DNA of 59,658 bases, filler included. It is 6 parts of 6 records of this genome, joined end to end, with 100 filler letters (N's around TTAATTAATTAA, not from the genome) between each part and the next. Parts side by side here need not be neighbours in the genome. Positions count along the whole stretch, not along the records: positions 1 to 16,635 come from SRR31156797_21619; positions 16,736 to 35,923 come from SRR31156797_21620; 4 more parts are not named here. One strand, written 5' to 3'. Below, piece by piece: positions 9,768 to 19,885 of the stretch; position 1 is the stretch's first letter, and every line of letters begins with the position of its first letter. Made by a program: the position numbers and the translations under genes. The notes beneath the pieces were generated by a model. The model was not told where the DNA came from and did no database searches. It saw only the letters and a program-made list of their open reading frames with translations.

Positions 9768-9983
9768 TTATTGATCAAGCAGCCATTTCCAAACAGGAAC
9801 GATCGATACTCCTAATCCATCTTCATTAAAACGGTCTTCCTGATCATATGTCAGGATTAGGCCATTTTTCAGGTTCAGGCTTTTCAGGGCATCAGTCAGC
9901 CCGCTGATTTCACGTTTTTGATTGTCAGGATTTAGCTCAAAACAAACCTGTATAGCTGCTGATAAAGAATTTTTATCTGGATA
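9768..9983 (-). pseudogene. C-terminal remnant of a COG1373/DUF4143-type AAA+ ATPase
   Basis: The minus frame reads AIQVCFELNPDNQKREISGL...GLILTYDQED...IVPVWKWLLDQ-TAA. There is an in-frame stop immediately upstream and no start codon. Confidence 0.7.
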
Positions 9984-10181
9984 TCAATAGTTTATATTAC
10001 TAATATACAAAAATGCATATTGCTAATGCAAACTATCAACAAACGCAGTGAATCTCAATTGATGTGATACATCCGGAATTGCATAATGTGTGATGGCTTT
10101 TCACGGGAAAATCAGGCATAAACCAACCGGGTGCTTTTCAGGTTAATAATCATCAATGAAAGTAGATCGTTCGTAAATCCA

Positions 10182-12161
10182 CTAGCCTGCCATCTCTTTT
10201 TCAACTTCCTTCACCAGCTCTTTCATCGAAATATTGCCAACTGCCGAATTGCGAAGCTGTCCCATGGCCCAGTTAACTGCATCCTGTGGTTTATTGGAAT
10301 TTTTAATTTTTTCAAACTTTTCTTTCAGGAAAGGAATCTTAGCTAAAATATCAGCTTGTGGGTACCTTTTGAATTTGATGGTTGTCAGCACCGATTCAAA
10401 TTCCATCTTTGGGTGCTCATACACTTCCGCAATCATATCCCTGGCCAGCTCTGCATCCAGTTTTTCAGCCACAAGGAAAGCAAAAAGATCATAAATCACC
10501 TCATAGCTGAATTGCGCTGTTGGAGTGTGGTGGCCTTCCACATATTTCATCGTGTGCCCCACAAATGTTCCGGCAAAAACCGGGTCAACGTTTAGTTCTT
10601 TAATGATGCGTTCGATGATGGGAAACAGGTTTTTTGTGAAGATAAAAGTATAGGCATCCTCCGGTATTTTCCATGCTTTCATTTTCTGATAGCGGTCAAT
10701 TACATCTTCCGGCAGGTTTTGCGACAGTTTTGTAATCCGTTCTTCGGTAAGTGGGATTGGTGGAGAATCCGTGTCGGGATACATGCGGTCGGCACCCGGA
10801 AGCACACGCTCGAAGATGGTGGTACCATCCTCGAAAGATTTCCTGGTCTCGTTGGGTACACCCTCAAAGGCCATCCTGCATCTCTCTTCAACGGTTTCAA
10901 GTGCGGTCACCAAATCTTCATCGGGCCCCCAGATTATCAGTTGTGCATCGTCATCCCCGGCTTTAAACATTTCGCGAATGCTGTTAAAATCTTTGGCCGA
11001 AATAACAGGATCAAATTCCTCGCTATGCGTCATATTGGGTTTTTCCAGGCAGGCAATTACCTTGAGCCTGTCGGCAAATTCATCCGAAAACACTTTACCG
11101 GGTTGGGTAAAGTGCGAAAGGATTCCTTTGAAATGTGGCAGGTTCACGGCCAGTATCCTGTTGCCTTCTTTTTTCGAGCCCACCAGCGGTTCATAGGTAA
11201 AATTGTATGAATGGAATTTCAGATACTGATGCCTGGGTTGCCACCTTTTGATGTCTTTGATGCGGTTTTTCAATTCATCCCGGATGGCCAGCAGTGCCCA
11301 CTGCCTGAAACATTCGTTGTGGGTCAACTCCGGGATCCATTTGGTATGTGCCACGCCTTTTATTTCCACCCGGCTACCACCGCGGCAGCTCACGTTTACA
11401 TCCTCACGGCCGGCACCCATGCCTGTACGCACCTTGCCTGTGCTTCGGTTCAGGAATCGGATGTAATCGCAGGCTTCCTGAACTTCATCAGGATTTTCAC
11501 AATCCGGGTAGGTTACCGTTTCGATCAGGGGCATCCCGAGGCGGTCGGTTTTGTAAGTTCTGATGTGGCCAACATCCGAAATCTCACGGCAGGAGTCCTC
11601 TTCAAGGCTGAGCTGGATCAGGCGGATCTTCTTATTTTTCAGTGGAATTTCCCCTTCTACGCCGATGATAGCTGTCCGCTGAAAGCCGGTTGGGATGGAG
11701 CCGTCAAGATACTGTTTTCGTGTTATATGCACTTCGCCAACAATGTTCAGTTTTGAAAGTAGCGATATGGCTATCGAGATATCCAGTGCCTCTTTGTTTA
11801 GCGGAAATGGTGGGGTATCGTCAACCTCATAGGTGCAGGTGGTGTCGTGCTTAACCCGGTAGATGATCTCTTTTTTGGTTTTGAACTCCATCAGCGCAGT
11901 TCCGTCATATTCTCCCAGCTCACTCAGCGTTGGGCGCATGTGGCGGATGAGCTCGGCATCGTAATCTTCACTCTGGTGGAATACGCCGGCAGGGCAGTTA
12001 CAGAAAAGCTTTTTGCCGGTGAGAAGTTGTTGGTGTACTTCAAGGCCCGACATGAATCCAATTCTGTCGTAATCCTTTTGTGTGGCTTGCTTGCGTGTTA
12101 CATAGCCGATATGTTTACGTGTAGTTTCGTAGTTATTCTTCGGATTAAATTTCTGTTTCAT
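10182..12161 (-). CDS. gatE: Archaeal-type Glu-tRNA(Gln) amidotransferase subunit E
   Basis: GLEVHQQL, RPTLSELGEYD, DGSIPTGFQRT, DRLGMPLIE, REDVNVS, RVEIKGV, GVPNETR, PGADRMYPDTD and the AspRS-like (GAD) insertion distinguish GatE from GatB. Confidence 0.85.
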   Translation of the reverse strand: MKQKFNPKNNYETTRKHIGYVTRKQATQKDYDRIGFMSGLEVHQQLLTGKKLFCNCPAGVFHQSEDYDAELIRHMRPTLSELGEYDGTALMEFKTKKEIIYRVKHDTTCTYEVDDTPPFPLNKEALDISIAISLLSKLNIVGEVHITRKQYLDGSIPTGFQRTAIIGVEGEIPLKNKKIRLIQLSLEEDSCREISDVGHIRTYKTDRLGMPLIETVTYPDCENPDEVQEACDYIRFLNRSTGKVRTGMGAGREDVNVSCRGGSRVEIKGVAHTKWIPELTHNECFRQWALLAIRDELKNRIKDIKRWQPRHQYLKFHSYNFTYEPLVGSKKEGNRILAVNLPHFKGILSHFTQPGKVFSDEFADRLKVIACLEKPNMTHSEEFDPVISAKDFNSIREMFKAGDDDAQLIIWGPDEDLVTALETVEERCRMAFEGVPNETRKSFEDGTTIFERVLPGADRMYPDTDSPPIPLTEERITKLSQNLPEDVIDRYQKMKAWKIPEDAYTFIFTKNLFPIIERIIKELNVDPVFAGTFVGHTMKYVEGHHTPTAQFSYEVIYDLFAFLVAEKLDAELARDMIAEVYEHPKMEFESVLTTIKFKRYPQADILAKIPFLKEKFEKIKNSNKPQDAVNWAMGQLRNSAVGNISMKELVKEVEKEMAG

Positions 12162-12195
12162 TTTTGGTTTTGGCCGAATTAGTAATTTTGGGCAT

Positions 12196-12203
12196 CAAAT
12201 GTA
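12196..12203 (-). promoter_or_regulatory. Bacteroidetes-type -7 promoter element upstream of gatE
   Basis: TACATTTG on the minus strand about 35 nt before the gatE ATG. Confidence 0.45.
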
Positions 12204-12341
12204 CGTAATCTTAACCAAAAGATGAGCTAAAAACGGCCGGCTGTTTCAGACTTTTGGATTTATTTTTTTTTCGCTTATGAAATGAAATTGCACTTTTGTT
12301 TGGATTATACTAATTTTACAGGAAATTAAAATCATATCATT

Positions 12342-13121
12342 ATGAATAGTTCAGGAATATTAAAAGTTATCCTCGTGGTTGTTGGCCTTGCAGTAATTGG
12401 GGGCCTGGTATATTATTTTTTACTGAATCCCGGAAATAAATTCGACAGAACTTTGAAAAAAGCCGATCAGTATTTTGCCGAACAGCAATACCAGGAAGCT
12501 AAAAAACTCTACAGCGAGGCTGTAACGATCAAAGATGATGAAGTCTATCCCAAGCAGCAACTTTTCACCATCGATAGCATTCAACGGAAACTTGAACTGG
12601 ACATAAAATATGACGAAAAAGTTCAAAAAGCTGATCTGTTATACAGCCAGGCTGAATACCTGGAGGCAAGTAAATTTTATTTTGATGCACTCAACGTAAA
12701 GCCTGACGAAGACTATCCGGTGGAACAGATCAAGAAAATTCAGGAGTTGCTTGAAGATCCCGATTTTGAAAAAAAACAAAAAGAATTTGCCGCTTCAAAA
12801 GCGAAGCAACCGGCAGCTACCAAGAAGCAGGAACCCAAAACCCAATCAAAACCCACTACACAAAAACCCATGCGAACTAATGCTGACGGCAAATACTTTC
12901 ATGTGGTTGTCGGCGTTTTCGATAATCATGACAACGCAATTAAAATGCGCGATAAAATGATTGAAATGGGGAAGGAGTCGATCATTATCCAGCGGCCCGG
13001 CGACTTAGAAGCGGTTACTTTTGGATCATACGAAAAGCTTAATACAGCGTTTAACTTCCTTGAATTTGTTCGAAACGATATCGCTGCAGATGCCTGGGTA
13101 CTTTATGATAAAACTAACTAA
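12342..13121 (+). CDS. Membrane-anchored TPR-like + SPOR domain protein
   Basis: N-terminal TM helix, two YPxxQ-ended helical repeats, a low-complexity linker, and a C-terminal FHVVVGVF...NA...DAWV SPOR pattern. Confidence 0.75.
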   Translation: MNSSGILKVILVVVGLAVIGGLVYYFLLNPGNKFDRTLKKADQYFAEQQYQEAKKLYSEAVTIKDDEVYPKQQLFTIDSIQRKLELDIKYDEKVQKADLLYSQAEYLEASKFYFDALNVKPDEDYPVEQIKKIQELLEDPDFEKKQKEFAASKAKQPAATKKQEPKTQSKPTTQKPMRTNADGKYFHVVVGVFDNHDNAIKMRDKMIEMGKESIIIQRPGDLEAVTFGSYEKLNTAFNFLEFVRNDIAADAWVLYDKTN

Positions 13122-14682
13122 AATAGGTGTTTCCTCACCCGGCCAACGCACATTAGTGCTGCTTTTCTTCCTTTCATTTTTTTTCTTTCTTCACACGATT
13201 GCCCCGGCACAGAACAAAGCCAAAATTCGGATTGTGCAGGCTGATGACCTGCTGGGTAATCAAACAGATGAAGATGAACTGAATATTTTTACCGGCAACG
13301 TGATTTTCGAACACGACAGCGCTTTCCTTTACTGTGACAGCGCCGTGCTTTACAGCAAAAAAAACAGTTTGGAAGCACACGGGAATGTGCATATTAAAAT
13401 GAGCGATACACTTAACCTGTTTGGTGATGAACTTGAGTATGACGGGAATACACGCGTTGCTATCGTAAAGCGTAATGTGATCCTTGAAGATAACGATGCT
13501 ACCTTGTACACTGACAGGTTGTTCTACGACCGAAAAGTTGATGTTGCATATTACTATTCAGGGGGTAGGATCATCAACGAGGACAACGAACTTACCAGCC
13601 TCATAGGAAATTACAACACCGGCTTGAAAAGGGTTTACTTCCAGGAGGATGTTCAACTGGTAAACCCTGAATATTTGCTGAGGTCGGATACCCTGATTTA
13701 TAATACGGCGCAGGAACTCGCTTACATCCAGGGCCCGACAACCATTACAGGTAAAGATGAAAAACTCTACTCTGAAAAGGGTATGTATAATACGGTTACG
13801 AACTTTACACGCCTCGAGCTGAATTCGCATATGACCTACAAAGAGCAATACCTTTCCGGTGACAGTATTATTTATGATAAAACTTCTGGAGTAGGCAAAG
13901 TATTTGGGGATGTTTTTATTAAAGATTCTGTGAAAGATATTATCGTTACCGGACAATATGCCGACTATCGTCGAAAAGACGGGTTTGCCTACGCCACCGA
14001 CAGTGCCGAGGTGATCATGATCGACAAAACAGATAGTCTCTTCATGCATGCCGATACGCTTTGGCTTACCTTTGACAGCACCGAAAGCCCGGAAAAATTG
14101 CTGGCCTACCACAAATGCAAATATTACAAAACCGACCTTCAGGGTATGACCGATTCGCTGGTTTACTCCTTTGCCGACTCCACCATCACCATGTATTTCG
14201 ATCCGTTGATATGGACGCAGGGCAACCAGCTTTCGGCAGAGCTGATTAAAATATTTTCATCCAATCAGCGGGTGGATTCCATGCACATGACCAATTCTTC
14301 GTTTATCATTTCTCAGGACGATTACGATACGGTGCAGTTCAATCAGATCAAGGGCAAGGATATGGTGGCTTATTTCGAAGAGAATGAATTGAACCTGGTA
14401 ACGGTGAACGGCAACAGCGAAACCATTTATTTTGTGCGGCAGGAAGATGGGGCTTTGATAGGCATAAACAAGGCTGTGGCCAGCAGCATGGAAATCTGGA
14501 TCAGTGAAAGGCAGGTGGAGGATATTTATTATTTCGACAGCCCTGATGCCCAGCTTTACCCGGAGTCGGAGCTACCCGCCGACCAGTATTATCTGCGCGA
14601 TTTCCGCTGGCAAAGCGATGACCGGCCGGGGAACAGGTATGATATTTTTAATTGGCCGGCTGACAGGCCCGCATTGCGATAG
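13105..14682 (+). CDS. OstA-like (LptA/LptD N-terminal beta-jellyroll repeat) protein
   Basis: GNVIFEHDSAFLYCDSA, LYTDRLFYDR, DSLFMHADTL and NQIKGKDM match the Bacteroidetes OstA-like family. Start placed at ATG 13105 (uncertain). Confidence 0.8.
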   Translation: MIKLTKIGVSSPGQRTLVLLFFLSFFFFLHTIAPAQNKAKIRIVQADDLLGNQTDEDELNIFTGNVIFEHDSAFLYCDSAVLYSKKNSLEAHGNVHIKMSDTLNLFGDELEYDGNTRVAIVKRNVILEDNDATLYTDRLFYDRKVDVAYYYSGGRIINEDNELTSLIGNYNTGLKRVYFQEDVQLVNPEYLLRSDTLIYNTAQELAYIQGPTTITGKDEKLYSEKGMYNTVTNFTRLELNSHMTYKEQYLSGDSIIYDKTSGVGKVFGDVFIKDSVKDIIVTGQYADYRRKDGFAYATDSAEVIMIDKTDSLFMHADTLWLTFDSTESPEKLLAYHKCKYYKTDLQGMTDSLVYSFADSTITMYFDPLIWTQGNQLSAELIKIFSSNQRVDSMHMTNSSFIISQDDYDTVQFNQIKGKDMVAYFEENELNLVTVNGNSETIYFVRQEDGALIGINKAVASSMEIWISERQVEDIYYFDSPDAQLYPESELPADQYYLRDFRWQSDDRPGNRYDIFNWPADRPALR

Positions 14683-14684
14683 CC

Positions 14685-14719
14685 AAAAAAAATCCGGATG
14701 GTTTAACCATCCGGATTTT
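14685..14719. terminator. Bidirectional intrinsic terminator
   Basis: AAAAAAAATCCGGATGGT-TTA-ACCATCCGGATTTT between convergent genes. Confidence 0.85.
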
Positions 14720-14746
14720 ATTAAATTGAATTATCCTGACCCGAGA

Positions 14747-14914
14747 TTATTCGGGGTGAATTGCCTCTACCGGACAAACGTCAGCGCAAGCACCACAGTC
14801 AGTGCAAGCATCAGGATCAATTTTGTAGATTTCGCCCTCTGAGATAGCCTCAACAGGACACTCATCAATGCAAGTACCACATGCGGTACAATCATCTGTG
14901 ATTACGTAAGCCAT
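14747..14914 (-). CDS. 2[4Fe-4S] ferredoxin (55 aa)
   Basis: MAYVITDDCTACGTCIDECP...CTDCGACADVCP contains two CxxCxxCxxxCP motifs. True start is ATG 14914. Confidence 0.95.
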   Translation of the reverse strand: MAYVITDDCTACGTCIDECPVEAISEGEIYKIDPDACTDCGACADVCPVEAIHPE

Positions 14915-15068
14915 TTTTCTAACGTTTTTAAGTTTATAGAATCCGTGCAAAGTTGAAAATTATTTCTTTTTAAAGGTTTCTAAATTGGGTTTTTACGGAA
15001 ATTTATAGCCAGTCTAAATTGGGGTTCAGGTTTCTAATGTACTTGAATTGAGGATTTTTAGAAATAAT

Positions 15069-15231
15069 GTTGTCAACTCACTGCGTTCGTGTTGTCATTG
15101 TTGTTGATTCGCTCTGCTCATGTTATTTACTCACTGCGTTCGTGTTGTCATTGTTGTCGATTCGCTCTGCTCATGTTGTCAACGACAACCCGACAACAAC
15201 GACAACCTGACAACAACAACAACCTGACAAC
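15069..15231. repeat. Composite tandem/inverted intergenic repeat
   Basis: A 49-bp unit is duplicated at 15076-15124 and 15129-15177 (one mismatch) and is rich in GTTGTC. It is followed by a run of complementary GACAAC units at 15181-15231. Confidence 0.85.
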
Positions 15232-15268
15232 TTTTTCTTACCTTTCCCCCATCTCCATCCAATTTCAC

Positions 15269-15276
15269 TAATTTTG
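15269..15276 (+). promoter_or_regulatory. Bacteroidetes-type -7 promoter element upstream of hutU
   Basis: TAATTTTG (TAnnTTTG) 35 nt before the hutU ATG. Confidence 0.45.
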
Positions 15277-15311
15277 CCACTCTAATCACAAAAATTAAAA
15301 TTCCGGATATC

Positions 15312-16635
15312 ATGACTGATTTTCAAAATGCCGTACTGCAAGGGATTCCAGAGGTTCTCCCCGTACCCAAAACGTTTGATGCATCTGTTTCGCATGCGCC
15401 CAAACGCAAGGCAATCTTATCACACAACGAAAAGAAACTGGCCCTGAAAAATGCATTGCGTTATTTCGATCCAAAACATCATAAAGTGCTGGCTCCTGAG
15501 TTTGCAGTTGAGCTTGAAAAATACGGCCGTATATATATGTATCGTTTCCGTCCGGATTATGAGATGTATGCCCGCCCCATAGAAGAATATCCTACGAAAA
15601 GCAGGCAGGCCGCTGCCATCATGCTCATGATCCAGAACAACCTGGACCCGGCAGTGGCACAGCATCCCCACGAATTGATCACTTACGGGGGAAATGGGGC
15701 GGTTTTCCAAAATTGGGCGCAATACCTGCTCACCATGCAGTACCTGGCCCAAATGACGGACGAGCAAACCCTGGCCATGTATTCGGGGCACCCCATGGGA
15801 TTGTTTCCATCGCACAAGGATGCACCAAGAGTTGTGGTTACCAACGGCATGGTCATCCCCAACTATTCCAAACAAGACGACTGGGAAAAGTTTAACGCAC
15901 TGGGTGTTTCACAGTATGGCCAAATGACGGCAGGCTCCTATATGTACATCGGCCCACAGGGCATCGTTCATGGGACCACCATTACGGTTTTAAATGCTGG
16001 TCGTAAACTGGCCGGAAAAGCTGATGATGGCCTTGGGGGTAAGTTGTTTGTAACATCCGGATTAGGAGGGATGTCAGGCGCTCAGGCCAAGGCTGCCGTG
16101 ATTGCCGGTGCAGTGGGTGTGATTGCTGAAGTAAACGAAGCGGCAGCAGTCAAGAGGCATTCACAAGGCTGGGTGGATGAACTGTTTTACAATCTGGATG
16201 AAATTATCGCCAGGATACGAAAAGCCAAAGCCGGAAAAGAATCCGTATCGCTGGCTTTTGTGGGCAACATTGTTGACCTTTGGGAAAAAATTGTTGAGGA
16301 GGATATTTTTGTGGAGCTGGGCTCCGACCAGACTTCTCTGCACAATCCCTGGGCCGGAGGTTATTATCCTGCCGGACTTTCGTTTGAAGAATCCAACAAA
16401 ATGATGGCCGATGATCCTGAGCAATTCAAGGTAAAAGTACAGGAATCCCTGAGGCGGCATGTGGAGGCCATCAATAAACTCACTGCAAAGGGCATGTATT
16501 TCTTCGACTATGGCAATGCGTTTCTGCTGGAATCCAGCCGCGCCGGTGCCGATATTCTGAAAGAAAACGGTGATTTCAAATATCCCTCCTACGTGCAGGA
16601 TATTATGGGCCCCATGTGTTTTGATTATGGATTTG
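15312..16635 (+). CDS. hutU: Urocanate hydratase, long form (partial, cut by contig end)
   Basis: NNLDPAVAQHPHELITYGGNG, YGQMTAGSYMYIGPQGIVHGT, GLGGMSGAQ, SDQTSLHN and FDYGNAF. Confidence 0.95.
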
Positions 16636-16735
16636 NNNNNNNNNNNNNNNNNNNNNNNNNNNNNNNNNNNNNNNNNNNNTTAATTAATTAANNNNNNNNN
16701 NNNNNNNNNNNNNNNNNNNNNNNNNNNNNNNNNNN
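16636..16735. other. Artificial contig spacer
   Basis: N44-TTAATTAATTAA-N44, which places stops in all six frames. Confidence 0.98.
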
Positions 16736-16771
16736 CTCGCTGAACCAGCATCTTGAGGTTACTTGGGTATA
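16736..16771. repeat. End of an ERIC-like Vibrio intergenic repeat at the contig edge
   Basis: ...GCATCTTGAGGTTACTTGGGTATA resembles the terminal inverted repeat of ERIC/IRU elements and would explain the assembly break after potC. Confidence 0.6.
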
Positions 16772-16814
16772 ATCATTTAACTGATGATTTCAAATGTTTT
16801 AAATATTAGTAGAG

Positions 16815-17585
16815 TCACTTTACTTTTTCTCTTGCCAGTAGCTGTGACGTCACTACTAACACGAGTGAAACGACTAACATCACGGTTGCAAGGGCATTAA
16901 CCTCTGGTGAAATTCCCACTTTAACCATCGAATAAATTTTCAGTGGCAGAATTTCATAAGTCGGCCCGGTCACGAATGAGCTGATAATCACGTCATCCAG
17001 TGAAAGAGTAAAACTCAGCAACCAACCCGCAGCAACCGCAGGTTTCGCCAAAGGTAAGATAATTTTCTTCAAAATTACCCATTCACTGGCACCGAGGTCT
17101 TTCGCCGCTTCTAACATTTTGACGTCAAAGCCGTTCAAACGACTAAACACAGTGACAACGACAAAAGGTAGACAGAAGGTAATGTGAGCAACTAAAAGAG
17201 TCATAAAACCGAGTTTCGCACCCAGCACCAAAAACAGTGCCAATAACGAAATCGCCATGACGATATCAGGAGACATCATTACAACAAACAGCATACCGTT
17301 AACCATGTTTTTACCACGGAACTGATAACGGAATAGGGCAACTGCGGTAAGGCTACCAATAATGGTTGCTGCGGTCGCAGAGAACACTGCGACATTGATT
17401 GAGTGCCATGCGGCTTGCATTAAACTGTCGTTATTGACTAAAGCGTGATACCACTTGGTGGTAAATCCACCCCATTTGATACCAAACTTATTGTCGTTAA
17501 ATGAGTTAGCAATTAATACGATGATTGGTAAGTACAGGAACAAGTACACCAAACTCATAAAGCTAAATCTAACTGTTTTTCCCAT
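16815..17585 (-). CDS. potC: Spermidine/putrescine ABC permease PotC
   Basis: FLYLPI, EAAKDLGA and FTLSLDDVIIS motifs, plus operon order. Confidence 0.95.
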   Translation of the reverse strand: MGKTVRFSFMSLVYLFLYLPIIVLIANSFNDNKFGIKWGGFTTKWYHALVNNDSLMQAAWHSINVAVFSATAATIIGSLTAVALFRYQFRGKNMVNGMLFVVMMSPDIVMAISLLALFLVLGAKLGFMTLLVAHITFCLPFVVVTVFSRLNGFDVKMLEAAKDLGASEWVILKKIILPLAKPAVAAGWLLSFTLSLDDVIISSFVTGPTYEILPLKIYSMVKVGISPEVNALATVMLVVSLVLVVTSQLLAREKVK

Positions 17586-18445
17586 TAGTCTAGCTCCACT
17601 TTTTTATTCAATAATTTACCTGCACGGTAGTAGGCGTAAAGCATGATGGCCATTGCAATCGTCAGCGCGATGCTGGTTGCTGCGCCAAACGGCCAATCTC
17701 GGGCATTAAGAACTTGGCTCTTGATGACGTTACCAATCAATAAGTTCTTCGCGCCACCTAACAGATCTGAAATGTAGAACATTCCAAGAGCGGGCAGTAG
17801 CACCAACAAACAACCACCAATAATGCCTGGCATTGTTAATGGCAGAATGACTTTGGTCAGCGTTTGAATTTTGTTGGCACCTAAATCGCGAGCTGCCTCG
17901 ATGTACGTATCATCCAGTTTTTCTATGGCTGAATAGAGCGGAAGAATCATAAATGGCAATAAGATGTAAACGAGGCCAATCATCACCGCCGACTCGCTAT
18001 ACATAATTCGCATTGGCGTATCAATAATACCGATACCAATCAGGGCCTTATTCAAAATCCCTTGAGTACCAAGAACAATTTTTAAACCATAAGTACGTAT
18101 TAATGAGTTAGTCCAAAACGGTACAATAACCAGAAATAGCATAATAGGACGCCATTTCTCAGGCATTTTTGCCACGATATAGGCGAACGGGTAACCAATA
18201 ATCAAACAGATGATGGTCGCCACAATTGCCATATAGAATGAATGAATCAGAACCTTGGCATAAAGTGGGTCCAACAGACGCACATAGTTATCGAAAGTAA
18301 AGGTCATCTCGATAAGGTTCGCTTCATCTCTCGTTAAGAAACTTGTACCAATAATCATCACATTGGGGATTAAAACAAAAAGTACTAGCCAACCAACAAT
18401 CAGAGTGATGATCGCGTTTTGGAGATTAAACTTCTTGCTCATCAT
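17585..18445 (-). CDS. potB: Spermidine/putrescine ABC permease PotB
   Basis: [19 protein letters not shown] and RDWPFGAA. Confidence 0.95.
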   Translation of the reverse strand: MMSKKFNLQNAIITLIVGWLVLFVLIPNVMIIGTSFLTRDEANLIEMTFTFDNYVRLLDPLYAKVLIHSFYMAIVATIICLIIGYPFAYIVAKMPEKWRPIMLFLVIVPFWTNSLIRTYGLKIVLGTQGILNKALIGIGIIDTPMRIMYSESAVMIGLVYILLPFMILPLYSAIEKLDDTYIEAARDLGANKIQTLTKVILPLTMPGIIGGCLLVLLPALGMFYISDLLGGAKNLLIGNVIKSQVLNARDWPFGAATSIALTIAMAIMLYAYYRAGKLLNKKVELD

Positions 18446-19541
18446 TGAGGACGACCTCCCAGCTTTCTACCCAAGTGATAGCGACTTTTTGACCAATAGA
18501 GTGGTCGACGTCTGGGTCATCTTCGTTAAAGAACTCACTGACCATGACACTCATGCCAGAATCTAATTCGATCACCGATTCTAAAGTCATCCCTTTATAG
18601 GTACGATCCATAACGTGACCAACGATTCCTTTAGTTTCAGACTCTTTAATCTCTTCAATGCGTAAGTCTTCCGGACGAAGCAACACTTGCAGTTTTTGCC
18701 CTTCATCAATCGGCTGGTCGTAATAAACGACAGACTCAACACCTTCAATGGAAACCAAAATGCGTTTTTCATCCAAACGCTTAATCGTATCCGCGGCGAA
18801 AACGTTGATCTCACCAATAAAGCGCGCTACGAATAGATTCTTAGGCTCTTCGTAGATTTCGCGAGGGGAGCCATCCTGTTCAATGTTACCGTCACGCATA
18901 ACAATAATGCGGTCAGACATGGAAAGTGCTTCTTCTTGATCGTGGGTAACAAAGATAAACGTAATACCTAACTGACGTTGAAGCTGTTTCAATTCAGTTT
19001 GCATCTGCTTACGCAATTTGTAATCCAGAGCGGAGAGAGATTCATCAAGCAGCAGAACTTTTGGTTTGTTGACCACCGCACGTGCAATCGCAATACGCTG
19101 TTGCTGCCCGCCAGAGAGCTGGTGTGGTTTGCGTTGCGCCATCTGCTCTAAGCGAACCATACGCAATACTTCCATTACACGCGGTTCGATATCGCTAGCA
19201 GGCACTTTTTGCATACGCAGACCGAAGGCAACGTTTTCAAACACCGTCATATGTGGGAATAGAGCGTAACTCTGGAAAACAGTGTTGACGTGGCGTTGTT
19301 CAGCAGGAACTTGAGTGACATCTTGACCATCGAGGAGAATCTGACCTTCATCGGCAGATTCAAAACCTGCAATCATCCTCAGCACAGTGGTTTTACCACA
19401 ACCCGAAGGGCCAAGAATCGTTAGAAATTCGCCATGATTAACATCAAGTTTAAAGTTTCCAACGACCTGTTTTTCATCGAAACTTTTACTAATACCAGTG
19501 AGTCTGACAACTGGTTTATCTACTGAATTTGGTTTGTTCAA
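18426..19541 (-). CDS. potA: Spermidine/putrescine ABC ATPase PotA
   Basis: [31 protein letters not shown] and EFFNEDDPD. Confidence 0.95.
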   Translation of the reverse strand: MNKPNSVDKPVVRLTGISKSFDEKQVVGNFKLDVNHGEFLTILGPSGCGKTTVLRMIAGFESADEGQILLDGQDVTQVPAEQRHVNTVFQSYALFPHMTVFENVAFGLRMQKVPASDIEPRVMEVLRMVRLEQMAQRKPHQLSGGQQQRIAIARAVVNKPKVLLLDESLSALDYKLRKQMQTELKQLQRQLGITFIFVTHDQEEALSMSDRIIVMRDGNIEQDGSPREIYEEPKNLFVARFIGEINVFAADTIKRLDEKRILVSIEGVESVVYYDQPIDEGQKLQVLLRPEDLRIEEIKESETKGIVGHVMDRTYKGMTLESVIELDSGMSVMVSEFFNEDDPDVDHSIGQKVAITWVESWEVVLNDEQEV

Positions 19542-19885
19542 CGTCTGTCTTTCTCCACCTTGGTCTATAGAAGAAAATCTACAAATCTGACCTGTTAGTT
19601 AAGCAACAAAATATGCGCGCATCATAATCACGAAGAACGCGAACTCAAAGCATTTTCTTATCTTGAAACATAAAAAATTTTGCAGTTAAAACTAAAGATT
19701 CTTTACCATAACAAGTATGATAACTACCAATGCTTTCAACTGGTTAATTATCAACCATAGCATAAAGAAAGCAAGATGCTTTTCGAGATCGGATTTAAGA
19801 CTGACCAGCATTTAAGTATAATGATTTAAAACTAAACGTCGTCGTATGACCGATATACGTACTACAAGCCAAATTAGGGCAAAAT

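Noticed and set aside
15069-15231. Possible CRISPR array
   Set aside because: Only two 49-bp copies separated by 4 bp, with no unique spacers and no cas genes.
1-16635. Genome-wide UGA reassignment (Trp/Gly) in contig 1, suggested because none of the 13 gene ends checked uses TGA
   Set aside because: Only one in-frame TGA occurs among these genes and it sits at a Cys position of a redox motif. All other long ORFs are open under the standard code. Site-specific Sec or a point mutation fits better.
16680-16691. Repeated TTAATTAATTAA palindrome
   Set aside because: Synthetic six-frame stop linker inside the N spacers, not biological.
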